Shown here in pieces: positions 12,595 to 25,718 of a stretch of 64,000 nt of DNA (position 1 is its first letter; the number at the start of each line of letters is the position of its first letter). The notes beneath the pieces are model-generated. The model was not told where the DNA came from. It saw only the letters and a program-made list of their open reading frames with translations, and searched no databases. Origin of the DNA: Octopus vulgaris (taxonomy: Eukaryota); assembly GCA_951406725.2 (NCBI GenBank), contig OX597818.1, positions 78,492,001-78,556,000 on the forward strand. The letters are read 5' to 3'. The position numbers were made by a program, and so were the translations under genes.

Positions 12595-13024
12595 GGTTTA
12601 TTTAAATAAACATTTAAAAAATTTTTATCAAAAATTAAAGATTGAAATGAAAAGTAAAAAAGAAAGATACTACTGTTTTTGCAACGATAATATTTCATGT
12701 TGAACCAACGATCATTCATTCATTATTGTAATAATAGCATGAGAAAGCAAAATACTTTCAATTTTGTCAGTATACAAGCGGCCTTGAAATAGCTTTCTGT
12801 GGTTGGTGGCCCGCAATGTAATTCGAGTTGGCCAGGCCTGGTCATGACGAACAGGATTTCATCCATATTTATGACAACGAAATGTCGCCACTTTCTTCTT
12901 TCCATTGTATAGTACTAGACGGGATGCCGGCCTGTAACTGGGTTAACTTCCCGACTCTTACTGCAACTCATTTGTACCTGAACGGTCTGGAGCAACGTGA
13001 GATGAATTGTTTTACTCTGGCACG

Positions 13025-13192
13025 GATGTGACTGAGTGGTACGAAGCTTGTTTCCCAACCACGAAGCTTGTTTCCGCGTTCAGTCCCACTGCGTGACGCC
13101 TTGGGCAAGTGTCTTCTACAATAGCCTAGGGCCGACCAAAACCTTATAAGTGGATTTGGTAGACGGAAACTGAAAGAAGCCCGTCGTATATA

Positions 13193-13243
<51 letters not shown>

Positions 13244-13455
13244 GTGTCTGTGTTGGGACCTCCATCACCACTTGACAATCAGTGTTGTGTTTTCGTCCCA
13301 TTAACCTAGCTGTTCGGCAAAAAAAGCCCGATAGAATAAGTACCAGGCTGCAAAATAAGTACTAGGGTCAATTAGTTCGACAAAAGAGAAAAGCCCTTCA
13401 AGGCGGTGCTCCAGAATGGCCGCAGTCAAATGACTGAAACAAGTGAAAAAATAAA
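13025..13455 (+). mobile_element. SINE group B full copy
   Basis: GTTCAGTCCCAC B-box-like, CCTTGGGCAAGTGTCTT CORE-like segment, internal (TG)n, conserved 3' module. Confidence 0.8.
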
Positions 13456-13977
13456 GAACACAACGCACCACCCAGACCGTGAATCGAAACTGCCATCTTA
13501 CAATAATGAGTACAACACCCAATTCACAAGGCCTTACGCCTTCACTCCCGCCTTAATGTTAGGTATGAACATACAATGAGTGATTCCACGAAATCGATGA
13601 TTTTATCAATTATATTGCTCTGTTAAAGTTCTGCTAAAACAGTCGCGAAATTCACATCCTGTTAGTAGTAAGAAGAGCGTCGAACAAAATGCCTTGCATT
13701 ATTTCTTCAGATATTTTACGTTCCGGGTTCGAATTCCACTGGATCTACTTTGACTTTCATCCCACTGGAGAAGATAAAATAAAATAGCAGTCACGTACTT
13801 GGATCACATTATTCCCTCTGCTCAAAACTACTGGTCGTTCGCCTTAATTATAATCCATAATCATATAAATCTACGTAAAATCGGCTAACATTAGTGTGCC
13901 TTGCTGTTATCAATCTGATAGTTTTCTTAACAACTGTTTGTTTTAGTAACACATTTAAACGCCGGTAAGGCTATAGG

Positions 13978-15465
13978 CATAGGCATGTCAATGTGGTTAA
14001 GAAGATCGCTTTGCTACCACGTTGTTTCGAGTTCAATATCACTGCGCAGCATATTGGGCATGTGTCATCTATTTTAGTGTCAGGCTGACCAATGTCCTGT
14101 GAATGAACTTGATAGATATAAACTATGTGGAAGCCTCTCGTATAGATGTGTGTGTGTGTGTGCATGTGTCTTTGTAATAGCCTGTTCCCAACACCGACAC
14201 TTAATAACCGGTATTGGTTTGTCCCTGTAGCTTAGTGGTTCAGCAAAACGGATCGATAGAATATGTATCAGGCTTAAAAATAAGTACTGGGGGTCTATTT
14301 ATTTGGCTAAACCCTTCAGCATGTGCTCCTGCATGGCTGAAACAAGTAAAAGATAAAAATAAATATTGAATTATCTTAATTGTTAAGCTGAATTCTCTTG
14401 GAATTGAGCATTGGCATTAAGAACTGGAAGACATTCTTGATAAGAACGAAATGGTTACCAACGCTTTTCTACGTCCCAAAGTTATATACTACAATTTTAC
14501 ATGCTTCAGTTATTGGACTGCAGCCGTATTGGGACATCGCTTTGAGGGGTTTAGTTGAGCAAATCGACCCAAGTGCTTATTTTTATAAGCCTGTACCTAT
14601 TCTCTCAGTCTGTTTTGCCGAACTGATAGGTACGAGGACATGAACAAACCAACATTGGTTATCAAGCAGTATTGGGGGACAAACACCAAAACACACACAC
14701 ATACACACACATATACATACATACATACATACATACATACATACATACATACATACACACACACTCATACAATATATATGTATGTATAAACATGGGGTTT
14801 CTTTCAGTTTCCATCTGACAAATTCACTCATAACGCTTTGGTTAGCCCGGTAGAAGAGACTTGCCTAAGGTGAGGCACAGTCAGACTGAGCCCAAAATGT
14901 CATGGATGGGAAACAAGCTTCTGAACCACGCAGCTACGCCAAAGCTCAAATTCCGGTGAAGTTGACTTTGCCTTTTACCCTTTCGAGGTCGATAGGTAAA
15001 ATGTACTGGGGTTTGGTATAATCGATTAGCCCCCATCACCCGAAATTGCTGGCCCTGTGTCTAAATTTGAAACCAGTATTAGAATATAATAAATATGTAA
15101 TATAATATTAAGTTCAAATTTGGTATAAGGGCAGCAAGTTCGGGGGAGGAGGTAAGATCGATTTCATCGACCCCAGAGTTCAACTAGTATTTATTTTATC
15201 GATCCTGAAAGGATGAAAGACAAAGTTGACCGCGGCGGAATTTGAACTCAAAACGTAAAGCCGGACAAAATGCTGCTAAACGGCAAGCTGGCAGATTCGT
15301 TAGCACACCAGGAAAAAATGTTCGACGCCATTTCCTCCGGCTCTTCGCAATCTGAGTTCAAATCCTGGCGGAATATTTTTGGTGCCGATAAAATAAAGTG
15401 CATGTCAAATAGTGAGATCGATGTAGTCGACTTGTACCTGCCTCTCAAAATTGCCGGCCTTGAAT
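13978..15465. mobile_element. Cluster of SINE B (+ 13978-14360; - 14495-14940) and SINE A copies in both orientations
   Basis: Recognisable similarity to the 13025 and 6068 copies. Confidence 0.7.
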
Positions 15466-15917
15466 CCTGCAACGAATCGGCGTCATCTTCCAGAGGAATG
15501 TTGTATTTTCGGTTACTTATTCGCCATGGATACCGGTTAATCGCACTTATGAGTCCTAGGAATAAAGGGAAAAAAATTTAACGCATAGGGATATGGTAAA
15601 GAAGCTGGTTTCGTGATTAGGTGTCTCTGACTTCAATTACATTCCGCTCTTTAATGAGAGCAATGTGTGATTGAACTCAAACTTCACTGTCATTAAAGTT
15701 TAAAATCGTAAATCAACTAAATCGTATTAATCCTAACCTTAACCCAAAACATAATCTTCATCATATAACTCTTAACCCTAAATTCAATCCCCAACAAAAC
15801 CTGAAAGCCTAACCAATATGTACCATAAATGGTTGTATATTGAACATTACGGCATGTGTTGTATTCGTCTCAGCATACGCACATTCCGGATGAGAAAGCT
15901 AATGTTTACACACTCAC

Positions 15918-15980
<63 letters not shown>

Positions 15981-16140
15981 CATTCATACACACACACACA
16001 CACACACAAAAACACACACACAGATATACGTGCATGTATATACTGTTGCGTCTAAGGAGAGTAGTAAGTACATATATATATACATATGCGTACGTACATA
16101 CATATGTATGCTTAGGTATGTGTATGTATATATACATATT

Positions 16141-16187
<47 letters not shown>

Positions 16188-17011
16188 GTATGTATGCACA
16201 CACACACACACACACACGCACATGCACACACAGCACACACATACACATACACACACTCACACATAAAGACTTAAATGCAAGCTTATCATTACTCGGCTAA
16301 TGATTAACAACAAACAGGATATGCACTTACCTAGTAACCACTAGTAAACAATTTTGTTTTATCTCCTCTTACGTATCATATTACTTAATGATACACCTCC
16401 ATAAACCCCCCACCACACACACACACACACATGCACATGCACATGCACACACATATACACACACTCAGGTACGCATGCAAATACTTATGTACATCTATAT
16501 GTACAAATACACATTCTATTGCTGACATATTTATTCAACCGTGATGCACAACAATGTCAAAATACAAATTATCTTTTATTTATGGTTCACAAAAAGCGTA
16601 AGATTACAACGTTGCAGTCATATCGTCTGATATCTACAGCGGCTATTGATTTTAATGGTCATTATTATCACAGACTATCTCACCAACTGAAAACAGTTTC
16701 TCTTTTTGCTTGTGTAAGAATCTCTCCATTTTTTTTCTTCTCACAAGCTTCGACCTCTCATAATAAAAGTATATTTGTAATTGCTTGATCCTATCTATAT
16801 ACATCTGTCATGCTCGCCTCTGTCAGTCAGTTTGGGAATGCATATATGAGGTCACTGTTAGTGTTAATGGTAACATGTAAACACAGTACAATCTGTTGCA
16901 TGGTGAATCGTCAGTGACTTAACAAGCTGCACTAACAAGTATGATTGTTATGAAGGGTAGTTTTTGTAGGACACCCCGCAGAATGGGAAACAAAACCTGC
17001 TGACACCTACC

Positions 17012-17042
<31 letters not shown>

Positions 17043-17519
17043 TGTATGTATGTATGTATGTATGTATGAATGTATTTATGTATGTATGTATGTATGTATA
17101 TATGTATGTATGTATGTATGTATGCGCGTTTGAATATAAGTATGTGTATATATATACATGTTTGAATGTATGCGTGTATGAATGAATATATGTATGTATG
17201 TATATGTATTATGTATGTATGTGTGTGTATGTTTATATGTAAGTATGTTTCTATCAATGGCTATTTATATGTAATGATGTATGTGAGTGCGTATGTACGT
17301 GTGTATGTATATATGAATGTATGTACGCATGCATGTCTGTATGTGTTTATGAATGAATATATGTATGTATGTATTGATGTGCGTGTACCTATGTGCGTGT
17401 GTGGGGGTGTATATGCATGTGTACATAAAATTTATTGCATGTAGATCCGTATGTTTTGATTTAAGTAAACAAACATATGCATGTGTTTTTATGTGTGTAA
17501 ATGTATATATTAAATAAAA

Positions 17520-17775
17520 TAAATAAATGCACCCTTTTAAAGCCTAGCCAGGCTCATGGGCTCGGTTTCCCAGTTTCAATGGCGTATGTGTTCCCCAGCT
17601 GGACGGGACGCCAGTCCATTGCGGCGTTAATCATTTTTTACCTGCTGAGTAGACTGGAGCAACGTGAAATGAAGTGTTTTGCTCAAGAACACAACGCGTC
17701 GCCCGGTCCAGGAATCGAAACCACAATCTTACGATCATGATGTTGACACCCTAACCACTAAGCCACGCGCCTCTA
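17520..17775 (-). mobile_element. tRNA-derived SINE group C (subtype 2)
   Basis: Minus strand GAGGCGCGTGGCTTAGTGGTTAGG..GTTTCGATTCC; closely similar to 20865-21119 and 49633-49865. Confidence 0.85.
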
Positions 17776-17789
17776 CACCCACCAATGAT

Positions 17790-19547
17790 TACCGATAGAA
17801 TTCTCAAGTAATATAGTCTGGGTTTCGTATCAATAGATTTGTTTTTAGTTCTGCTAAGAGGTTTCATTTACCTTTCATCTTTAACATTACCTTCACGTCT
17901 ACTAAAAATATCTAATTCTTACAACTGCATCCTTTATTTTCTCAAGCCCAGATCTTTATGCTTGGCTGTTGTACTTACACCATACAGAACTTTTGACAGA
18001 AACAGTACACCAGTATTGTTTTACAGAATGGGTTTTATACCCTCTACATCATTGTAACATTTTATATTTTTATCTTCAGAACTATCATGTCTAAGGATTG
18101 TATAGTATATCATTTTGGTTACGACATGATGCCTCATTGATGGACAATATTATGCTGACATTTTGACGGACAGTTGCTTACGATGTGGGTTACATCTTCG
18201 GTGTTAGTTCTACTGAATCATCTCCGATTGTCACACCTAAATGTTCTGCTGTATTCTTATCCTTTTTGTACATCAGGTATTCTGCTGCTGTCTTTTGTCC
18301 ATAGACTTATTACTACAGAGTCTCTGAGATCCATTTTTATCGGGCATTATATTCTTTGGTTATACATTCCTAGTTACAAGGAATGTATAACCAAGAAATA
18401 TAATGATCATAGAATACATTTTCATTAATCCCTAAGAATCTGATGTATTCCTCGCCAGATATTATAGAAATAGTCAGACCATTAACAGACCTATTGCTAG
18501 AATGACTCGTAGTTTTCCTTTGCTTTGCAATCAAGAAACCAATCCCTCCTTTATCTCATTTAAACGTGTTGCTCTCATCAAGGCTCTTCTTCGTACCATT
18601 CATATGTTAGAGATATACTTTCAGTTCACCATCAAAGAAAACTATGTGCAAGGGAGATGTTGCTGTCTTCTTGTGTTGCAATCAGATTTCCTCAACAAAA
18701 AGGATCAGAGATACAAAAGGCATCGCAGAAACACGGTTTTCTTGAATATATCCCGCGATATTTTATCTGAAACAATAGAATCACATTTTTCTAAATAAAT
18801 CCACGATGGTGACTCCGGACGCCAAAAGACTATCTGTATCTTTGATTATGATATTTAGAACTCTAGCAAGACAAAGGGCATCAAGCATCCACGAATGGGG
18901 AAGAGAATTGATTGCTTCCTTGTAATTCAAGCATACTCTGTCCAAATTCCTTCTATACCGTCGTACTTCTTGTATCGCAGTTTTGTTTATTAAAAATTGC
19001 TCTAAACATCGCCAAACTATTTTTATCACTGCTGGTTGTTTGCCTGTAATGATATAGAGCAATTGGTTCGGAGAGGCTGAATACATTTTATACATTAAAT
19101 TCTGGCATGTAATTGTCCAGAAGTTCTTTGCACGAGAAAGGTCTTGTTTTATGATATCATATTTGATCCTATTTATGCTAGCCAGGGTGCTAAATTTACG
19201 TCTCGTTGATATTCAGAGATCGTTGATAAGTTACTCTTGATAACAATTTATTTATTTATTTTCATTTATTGCACTTGTATTTGATAATAAAGACTCTTCC
19301 TGGTGTTTTTCAAACAAATCTTTTTCTATGACAGTTTCTAGGACATCATTACTGATAACTGTATTGATACTGCATAATTACTGATACATTACGCTTTTAC
19401 TATAAAGCAGGAACAATATTTCCTTCGAATTTCTAACCACATTGCATTGTGGTTAAACTATTTTTACCCACTTCAGATTTTCCCCAGATTCATTCCATAT
19501 CTTCCTGAGAAGAATACTCGGATTTGTTATAAAAAAACCCTCATCTA

Positions 19548-19621
<74 letters not shown>

Positions 19622-20530
19622 CCTCTCTTTCTCTCTCCCTCTCTTTCTCTCTCTCTCTCTCTTTCTCTTTCTTTTTCTCTCTCTTTTTCTTTCTCTCTCT
19701 AGGCTGCTGATTGATTTCTACTGAATTTCTTGTTAATTATTTTTAGCAACTATCTTTTGGTGGCGGAGATTTTCATTGAATTTTAAATCCTCTTTACGAT
19801 CAATTTAAATTCAGATGTTATCTTTTTTTAACATACATTATTTATTTTCTTATTGATTTTTTTTTTTGTGAGAGGACAGGTATTTGCATCTTCATATTTG
19901 ATAAATGTCGCTACATCACTGATAGTCTTCCATATATCAATGGTCTTTTTACTCGTTTTTCAAATCCATAACAATATTTTTTTTTCTTGGTCGACTTTTT
20001 CTTTAAGAAACTGCTTAAAAATTGCAGGTAGAGAATATATACAGGCGTTTATTTTCCAGGTATTTCATCACTTTACTGTAAATAGTCACCTAGACATCGC
20101 TGTTAAGGACCACGTAATTTAGTAGGCCTCTTTTTAATACGAATCAAATTTGGAATTTGACATGTAGCCGAAGTTTTAAAAACGAAATATTTTTTTTAAG
20201 CAATTCATTAAGAATATATTTTAAATGTTTGTAGCGTGCGCTCTCGTTGTTCACAATATCTTTATTATCTTGTCTGCTGTTATGGTCATTGACAGCTAGA
20301 TGTGGACAATGAACCTTACTAAGAGCAGATATACAAAGAGTTAGAGACTGGGCCGTTGTCACATGTAGTGTAGCTAAGTCCATTCTGTTTGGAATATATT
20401 CGTCTAATGCAAATTGTATAGTGTTCACATTTTTGGGGAAAAGTGTTACAATCATCAAGGCCCTTTTTACAGTCAACAACTGTAATTACTTCTATCGTTA
20501 AATTAATTTAACTCAAAGTGAAGTTTGTTC
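17790..20530 (-). mobile_element. Heavily decayed RLE-type LINE with RT remnant
   Basis: ORF 18781-19095 EQFLINKTAIQE..NL..CLNYKEAINSLPHSW matches the RT motif DYKKAYDSVPHSW; boundaries approximate. Confidence 0.6.
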
Positions 20531-20557
20531 CACTACAATTTCATTCTGTTCCTAAAT

Positions 20558-21119
20558 TGTTTAATCCTTCTCGAGCCATGCCTGGCTCATAAGGGCTCGT
20601 TTCCCGGTTTCCTTGGCGTATATGTTCCCCAACCGGGCGGGATGCCAGTCCATCGCAGGTGAGCTGCAAGATGCAGGAGGAAAGTGTGAGAGAAAGTTGT
20701 GGCGAAAGAGGCACCAGAAGTTCGCTATTACATTCTGCCGGAGCCGCGTGGAGCTTAGGTGTTTCGCTCATAAACACACACATCACCCGGTCTGAGAGTC
20801 AAACCCACGATCCCTAGACCACGAGTCCGCTGCTCTCACCACTAGGCCATGTGCCTCCACTAAAAATAAATGCATCCTTTTTAAAGCCTAGCCAGGCTCA
20901 TGGGCCCGGTTTCCCGGTTTCTGGGACGTATGTGATCCCCAGCTGGACGAGACGCCAGTCCATCGCAGCGTTACTCATTTTTGCCAGCTGAGTGGACTGG
21001 AGCAACGTGAAATGAAGTGTTTTGCTCAAGAACACAACGCGTCGCCCGGTCCAGGAATCGAAACCACAATCTTACGATCATGATGCTGACACCCTAACCA
21101 CTAAGCCACGCGTCTCCAC
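20558..21119 (-). mobile_element. Tandem heterodimer of two group C SINEs inside one TSD
   Basis: Units at 20565-20860 and 20865-21119; 13-bp TSD TCTGTTCCTAAAT at 20545-57 and 21120-32. Confidence 0.82.
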
Positions 21120-22224
21120 TCTGTTCCTAAATCCGACAGAGGTAACTTTATTGTTGTATCATTGTACTTACATAAGTCATTATCGAGTTTGTAATTCCAA
21201 AAGAAATGATTTTATAATTTGATTTCTTTTGTTGCCTATTATGTTTCGATGGTGCCTTTCATCGTTTCTTTCACCGATGTTGATATCTTGTCCAGCTATG
21301 ATCTTTGTAATTTCAGTAATTTACAAAGAATATCACTACTACAATGAATAAAAGATTTCTTCATTGAATTTCATAAGAGCAAAAGCCAGCTTTTTGTTGT
21401 TGTTTTTTACAAGAAGAAAAGATTGAAAGTAGTAAAACAACCTACCACTCTAACGTTTACCCGAGTCACTATCAGTTCATAAGATAGGAAAATATTAATT
21501 TTTACCTAGGCTGTGGAACCTGCTGCATGATTTTTCAAAATGATGAGGTGGCATTCTCACGCGTTAATTCATGTCTTTTTTCTGCCCCCGCCCCCTCGCC
21601 CAGACTTTTTGTCTCGCCTTTTCTTTGTTTCTCTCTCTTCCTCTTTCCCGCTTTCTTTTCTCCACTTACCAATGAAGGAATAACCGTCAAAAAACAGTTT
21701 TTCTCACTCTCTTTAAAACTTATACCAATTACCATTGTGTATTTTACATTGAGTGTGTATACATGCATATGTGCATGCATACATACATACGTACATACAT
21801 GCATACATAAATACATACATACATACATACACACATAAACACATACATACATACATGCACACATACATACATACACACATACATACATACATACATACAT
21901 GCATACATGCATGCATACATACAAACATGCATGCATGCATGCATACATACATACATACATACATACATACATACATACATACATACATACATACATACAT
22001 ACAGACTGACAGATAGACAGACAGAAACCGGTTCTTTCTCTATTGGCAAGAAATCTTGAAATAAACTGAATAATGAAATGCATACACACTTACGCGCAGA
22101 CTCACATATTCATAAATATAAGCTTGTTGATATTATTATTTTTTTTTAGCTTTTCATGAAAGCTTTAAGACACACAGAACAATGTAGTAGGAAACTAGGA
22201 AATATGTGCGTGTAAGTGTATGGA

Positions 22225-22268
<44 letters not shown>

Positions 22269-22318
22269 TGTGTGTGTGCATGAGCGTATGTGTCTCTTTA
22301 TCTAACTATATCTACTAG

Positions 22319-22369
<51 letters not shown>

Positions 22370-23039
22370 TCACATGCAATATAGATATCTATTAATGTGT
22401 GTGCGTACATGTGTGTATGCATGTGTGCGTGTGTGTACTTACTCTTTCAAATTAAACCTGAACACATTGATTAACGAGCATGCAAAGCATATCTGTCTAT
22501 ATCTTTATTATTCAAACGAACAATGGAAAAAAGTTAAGAAAACTTCGGTAAATAACGCTTTTTGTTATCCTTTTAGCAAACACTTCAACTCTTTCTATTA
22601 CTTTGTTGATGAAAGATTTTATCTACCTTAGCCAACCTATTTCTTACCCTCTGGCAGCCAATCATGAAAGTCCTGCGTAATTGCTTGAATGGTGTTCTCT
22701 TTGGTATGTATTACAGCATAACCTAAAGATCGATCTTCAATCGCTCGTTTGTTATTTCTTAAATTTTTCTTTTTATCTGGATAATTAAGTGAGGGACCGT
22801 GTCCGTGATCCCTTAAAAGGGTGGAAGAAAGCATTCTCAAACTTGATACCCGGACCGAATGTTCGTCTGCCAATGGTATTCAAGGTACCAAGCGGTGGTG
22901 TTAAACCGGTTGACGGATGAAGTTTTCGGTACATGTAATCCATTGTGAGATTTGAACTCACAATCCCAGAGACCCAGAACAAATACCGCTATACTTTCAG
23001 TTCGATGCCATCGACATGGACTACTATTTTTTTTTTCTA

Positions 23040-25683
23040 TTTTTGTATCACCCTCGAAAGAATGAAAAGCAAAGTTGATCTCGCTAGTATTTGATCTCAG
23101 TGTTTAGAGTGTCAAAATAAATACCTGTTTCTTTACTACCCACAAGGGGCTAAACACAGAAGGGACAAAAAAGGACAGACAAACAGATTAAGTCGATTAT
23201 ATCGACCCCAGTGCGTAACTGGTACTTATTTAATCGACCCCGAAAGTCGACCTCGGCGGAATTTGAACTCAGAACGTAGCAGCAGACGAAATACCGCTCG
23301 GCGTGCTACCGTTTCTGCCAGCTCACCGTCTATCTGACGCTCTAACTATTCAGTCAGCTCGGCGTTGCATAATAATCTTCTTGTATCACTGGTGTCTTTA
23401 ATGTGGTATTAACGTATCGCAATTATGGCGGCGAGCAAGCAGAATGGTTAGGGCGTCGGACAACATGTTTTTCAATGTTTCTTCTGGTTCTTTACATTCT
23501 GAGTTCAAATTCTGCCGAGATCAGCTTTACTTTTTAGCCTTCCAGAATCGATTGAAATTGAGTACCGGTCAACCTCTGGGGTTAATGGTGTCCATGAACT
23601 TCCTTTCCGTCAAAATGGCTGAACTTGTGGCTAAAATCAGAAATCATTAACGTAATAAGATCACATTTAACGTTATGATAAAGTTGAAGTGAATGGGTTT
23701 ATAAGGAATAATTATCATTAGTCATCAGTCATTTTAATCTGTTGTTGTTATTGCCATTTAACCTCGGGACAGCCATTATCCAGTTTTGGATAAACATCAT
23801 CCTGTTTTGGAAAGCATTTATAACAAGTCAACTATGTCCAAGGGCCAATAAACAATCAATATCGTCACTCATTTTAATTTGCTAATGTTAATACTGTTTA
23901 GCCTTAGAATAGCCATGATCCTGTAGACCCGCTATGAAAGGCATTCCAGCTGCGTCATTCAACCTTATCGTTACTTGACTTAATCTTTCCAAGGTCTTTG
24001 AGATTGGTGGGCGAGCGAGATAAAGTTACTCTCAGACCGGATACCTAGCAGAAATGTTTGAATCCAGGGGCTTAAATCCCTTTGTCAAGGAACTGGCAGA
24101 GTCGGTAGAACGTCGAATAGTATAAAGCCTTTACGGTATATATGTTCCGACTCTCTTCACTCTGGGTTCAAATCCTGCAGAAGAGTCCACTCTGTGGCAA
24201 GCCATTCCGGACAGATCTTTGGACTAAGATGAGTTCTACAATGATAATAAATTGTTCAGTAAGACAGAATGCTGCAAACTTAAGATATTACTTACATATT
24301 TACTTTATTCAGTTAGTAATGTCAAATCCTGGTGGAGCCAACTTTGCCTTTCCTTAGACATATCTTTTAACTTTTACTTGTTTCCCTCATTGAACTGCAG
24401 TCATGCTGGGTTAGCGCCTTAAAGAGTTTTAGATGAGCAGAGTGACCTCAGTGCTTATCTTTAAAGCCTCGTGTTTACTCTGTAGGTTTCGTGCTGAACT
24501 ACGTAAAGAAACCAACGCCGATTGCCAGGCAGTAGTGGTGAGACAAGCAGAGACACAAACACACACACACACACACAAACACACAAACACACACACACAC
24601 ACAACACGCACACACACACAGACTCACACACACATGCACGGAGTTTCATTCTCTTAAAATTTATTCGCAAGATATTTGTCAACTTGGCATATACCTTCAA
24701 GACACTTGTCCAAGGTCCCGCGCAGTGGGACGGAACCCGAAACGACGCAGCGGTAAAGCGAGCTTCTTAACAACATAGCCATGCTTGTGCCTATGTTAAT
24801 TAAAATGCAAGTTTACGACCGAAGTCTTTTCAAAGCATTTCAATTTCACCTGGATTTGAACTAAGACCAAGCAGGACGAAACTTTTTAAGTATTTAAAGC
24901 ATCTTTTTCCTGAGTCTAGCAATCATTCTACTTTCATTATTTCATTTAGACTCATGCTTTAGACGGCGAACTGGCAGAATCGTTAGCACGCCGGGCAAAA
25001 TACTTAGCAGCATTGTTTCCCGCTCTGAGTTCAAATTCCACGAGATCACCTTCGAATTTTTATTCTTTCCGAGTCGATGGAATAAGTACCAGTTAAACAA
25101 TGTAATCGACTGTCCTCTTTCCTCAATACTTTTAGGCTTTGTGCCTGTAGTAGAAAAGATTTCGTTGTTCAGTTTTTTGTTTAATAATGTTACTATTTAG
25201 ATGTGTATACTCGTTTCTAATTTTAGCACAAGGCTAGCATTGGAGTGGTATTTTATTATGTCGGTTTTGGAGGAATGATAAGCAAAGCTGGCCTCGGCAG
25301 TGTTAGAACTCAGGACATAAAGAGCCAAAAGAAATACTGCAAGGTGTTTTATCCAACTTTCTCGCGATTTTGCTCGTCGACACCATTGAGACTGGCACTT
25401 TATTTTATCGACCGTGAGAGGTTGAAAGGCAAAGTTGACCTCGGTGGTATTTGAACTCAGAACGTAAAAGAGTCAGGATAACTACCATAATGCATTTTGT
25501 TCAATAACCAAACGATTTTGCTAATTAAGTAAATAAAAGTAAAATGAAGGATTTGAGAAATATATATATATGAAAAATGGTTTCGAAAAACACCCTATAT
25601 ATGTTTTAATGTATCCGAACATCTCTATAACTAGTTTTTATCGACTTTGTTGATATAAGCCAACATTACAAATGTGCGTGCGT

Positions 25684-25718
<35 letters not shown>

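Larger units (their letters stand above)
12228..12840. mobile_element. Non-autonomous hAT-type DNA transposon (MITE) with nested hammerhead-bearing insert
   Basis: 15-bp TIR (c/g)AGGCCTGGCCAACT at 12228-42 and 12826-40; 8-bp TSD GTCATGAC at 12220-27 and 12841-48; GCCCGC subterminal motifs at both ends. Confidence 0.85.
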
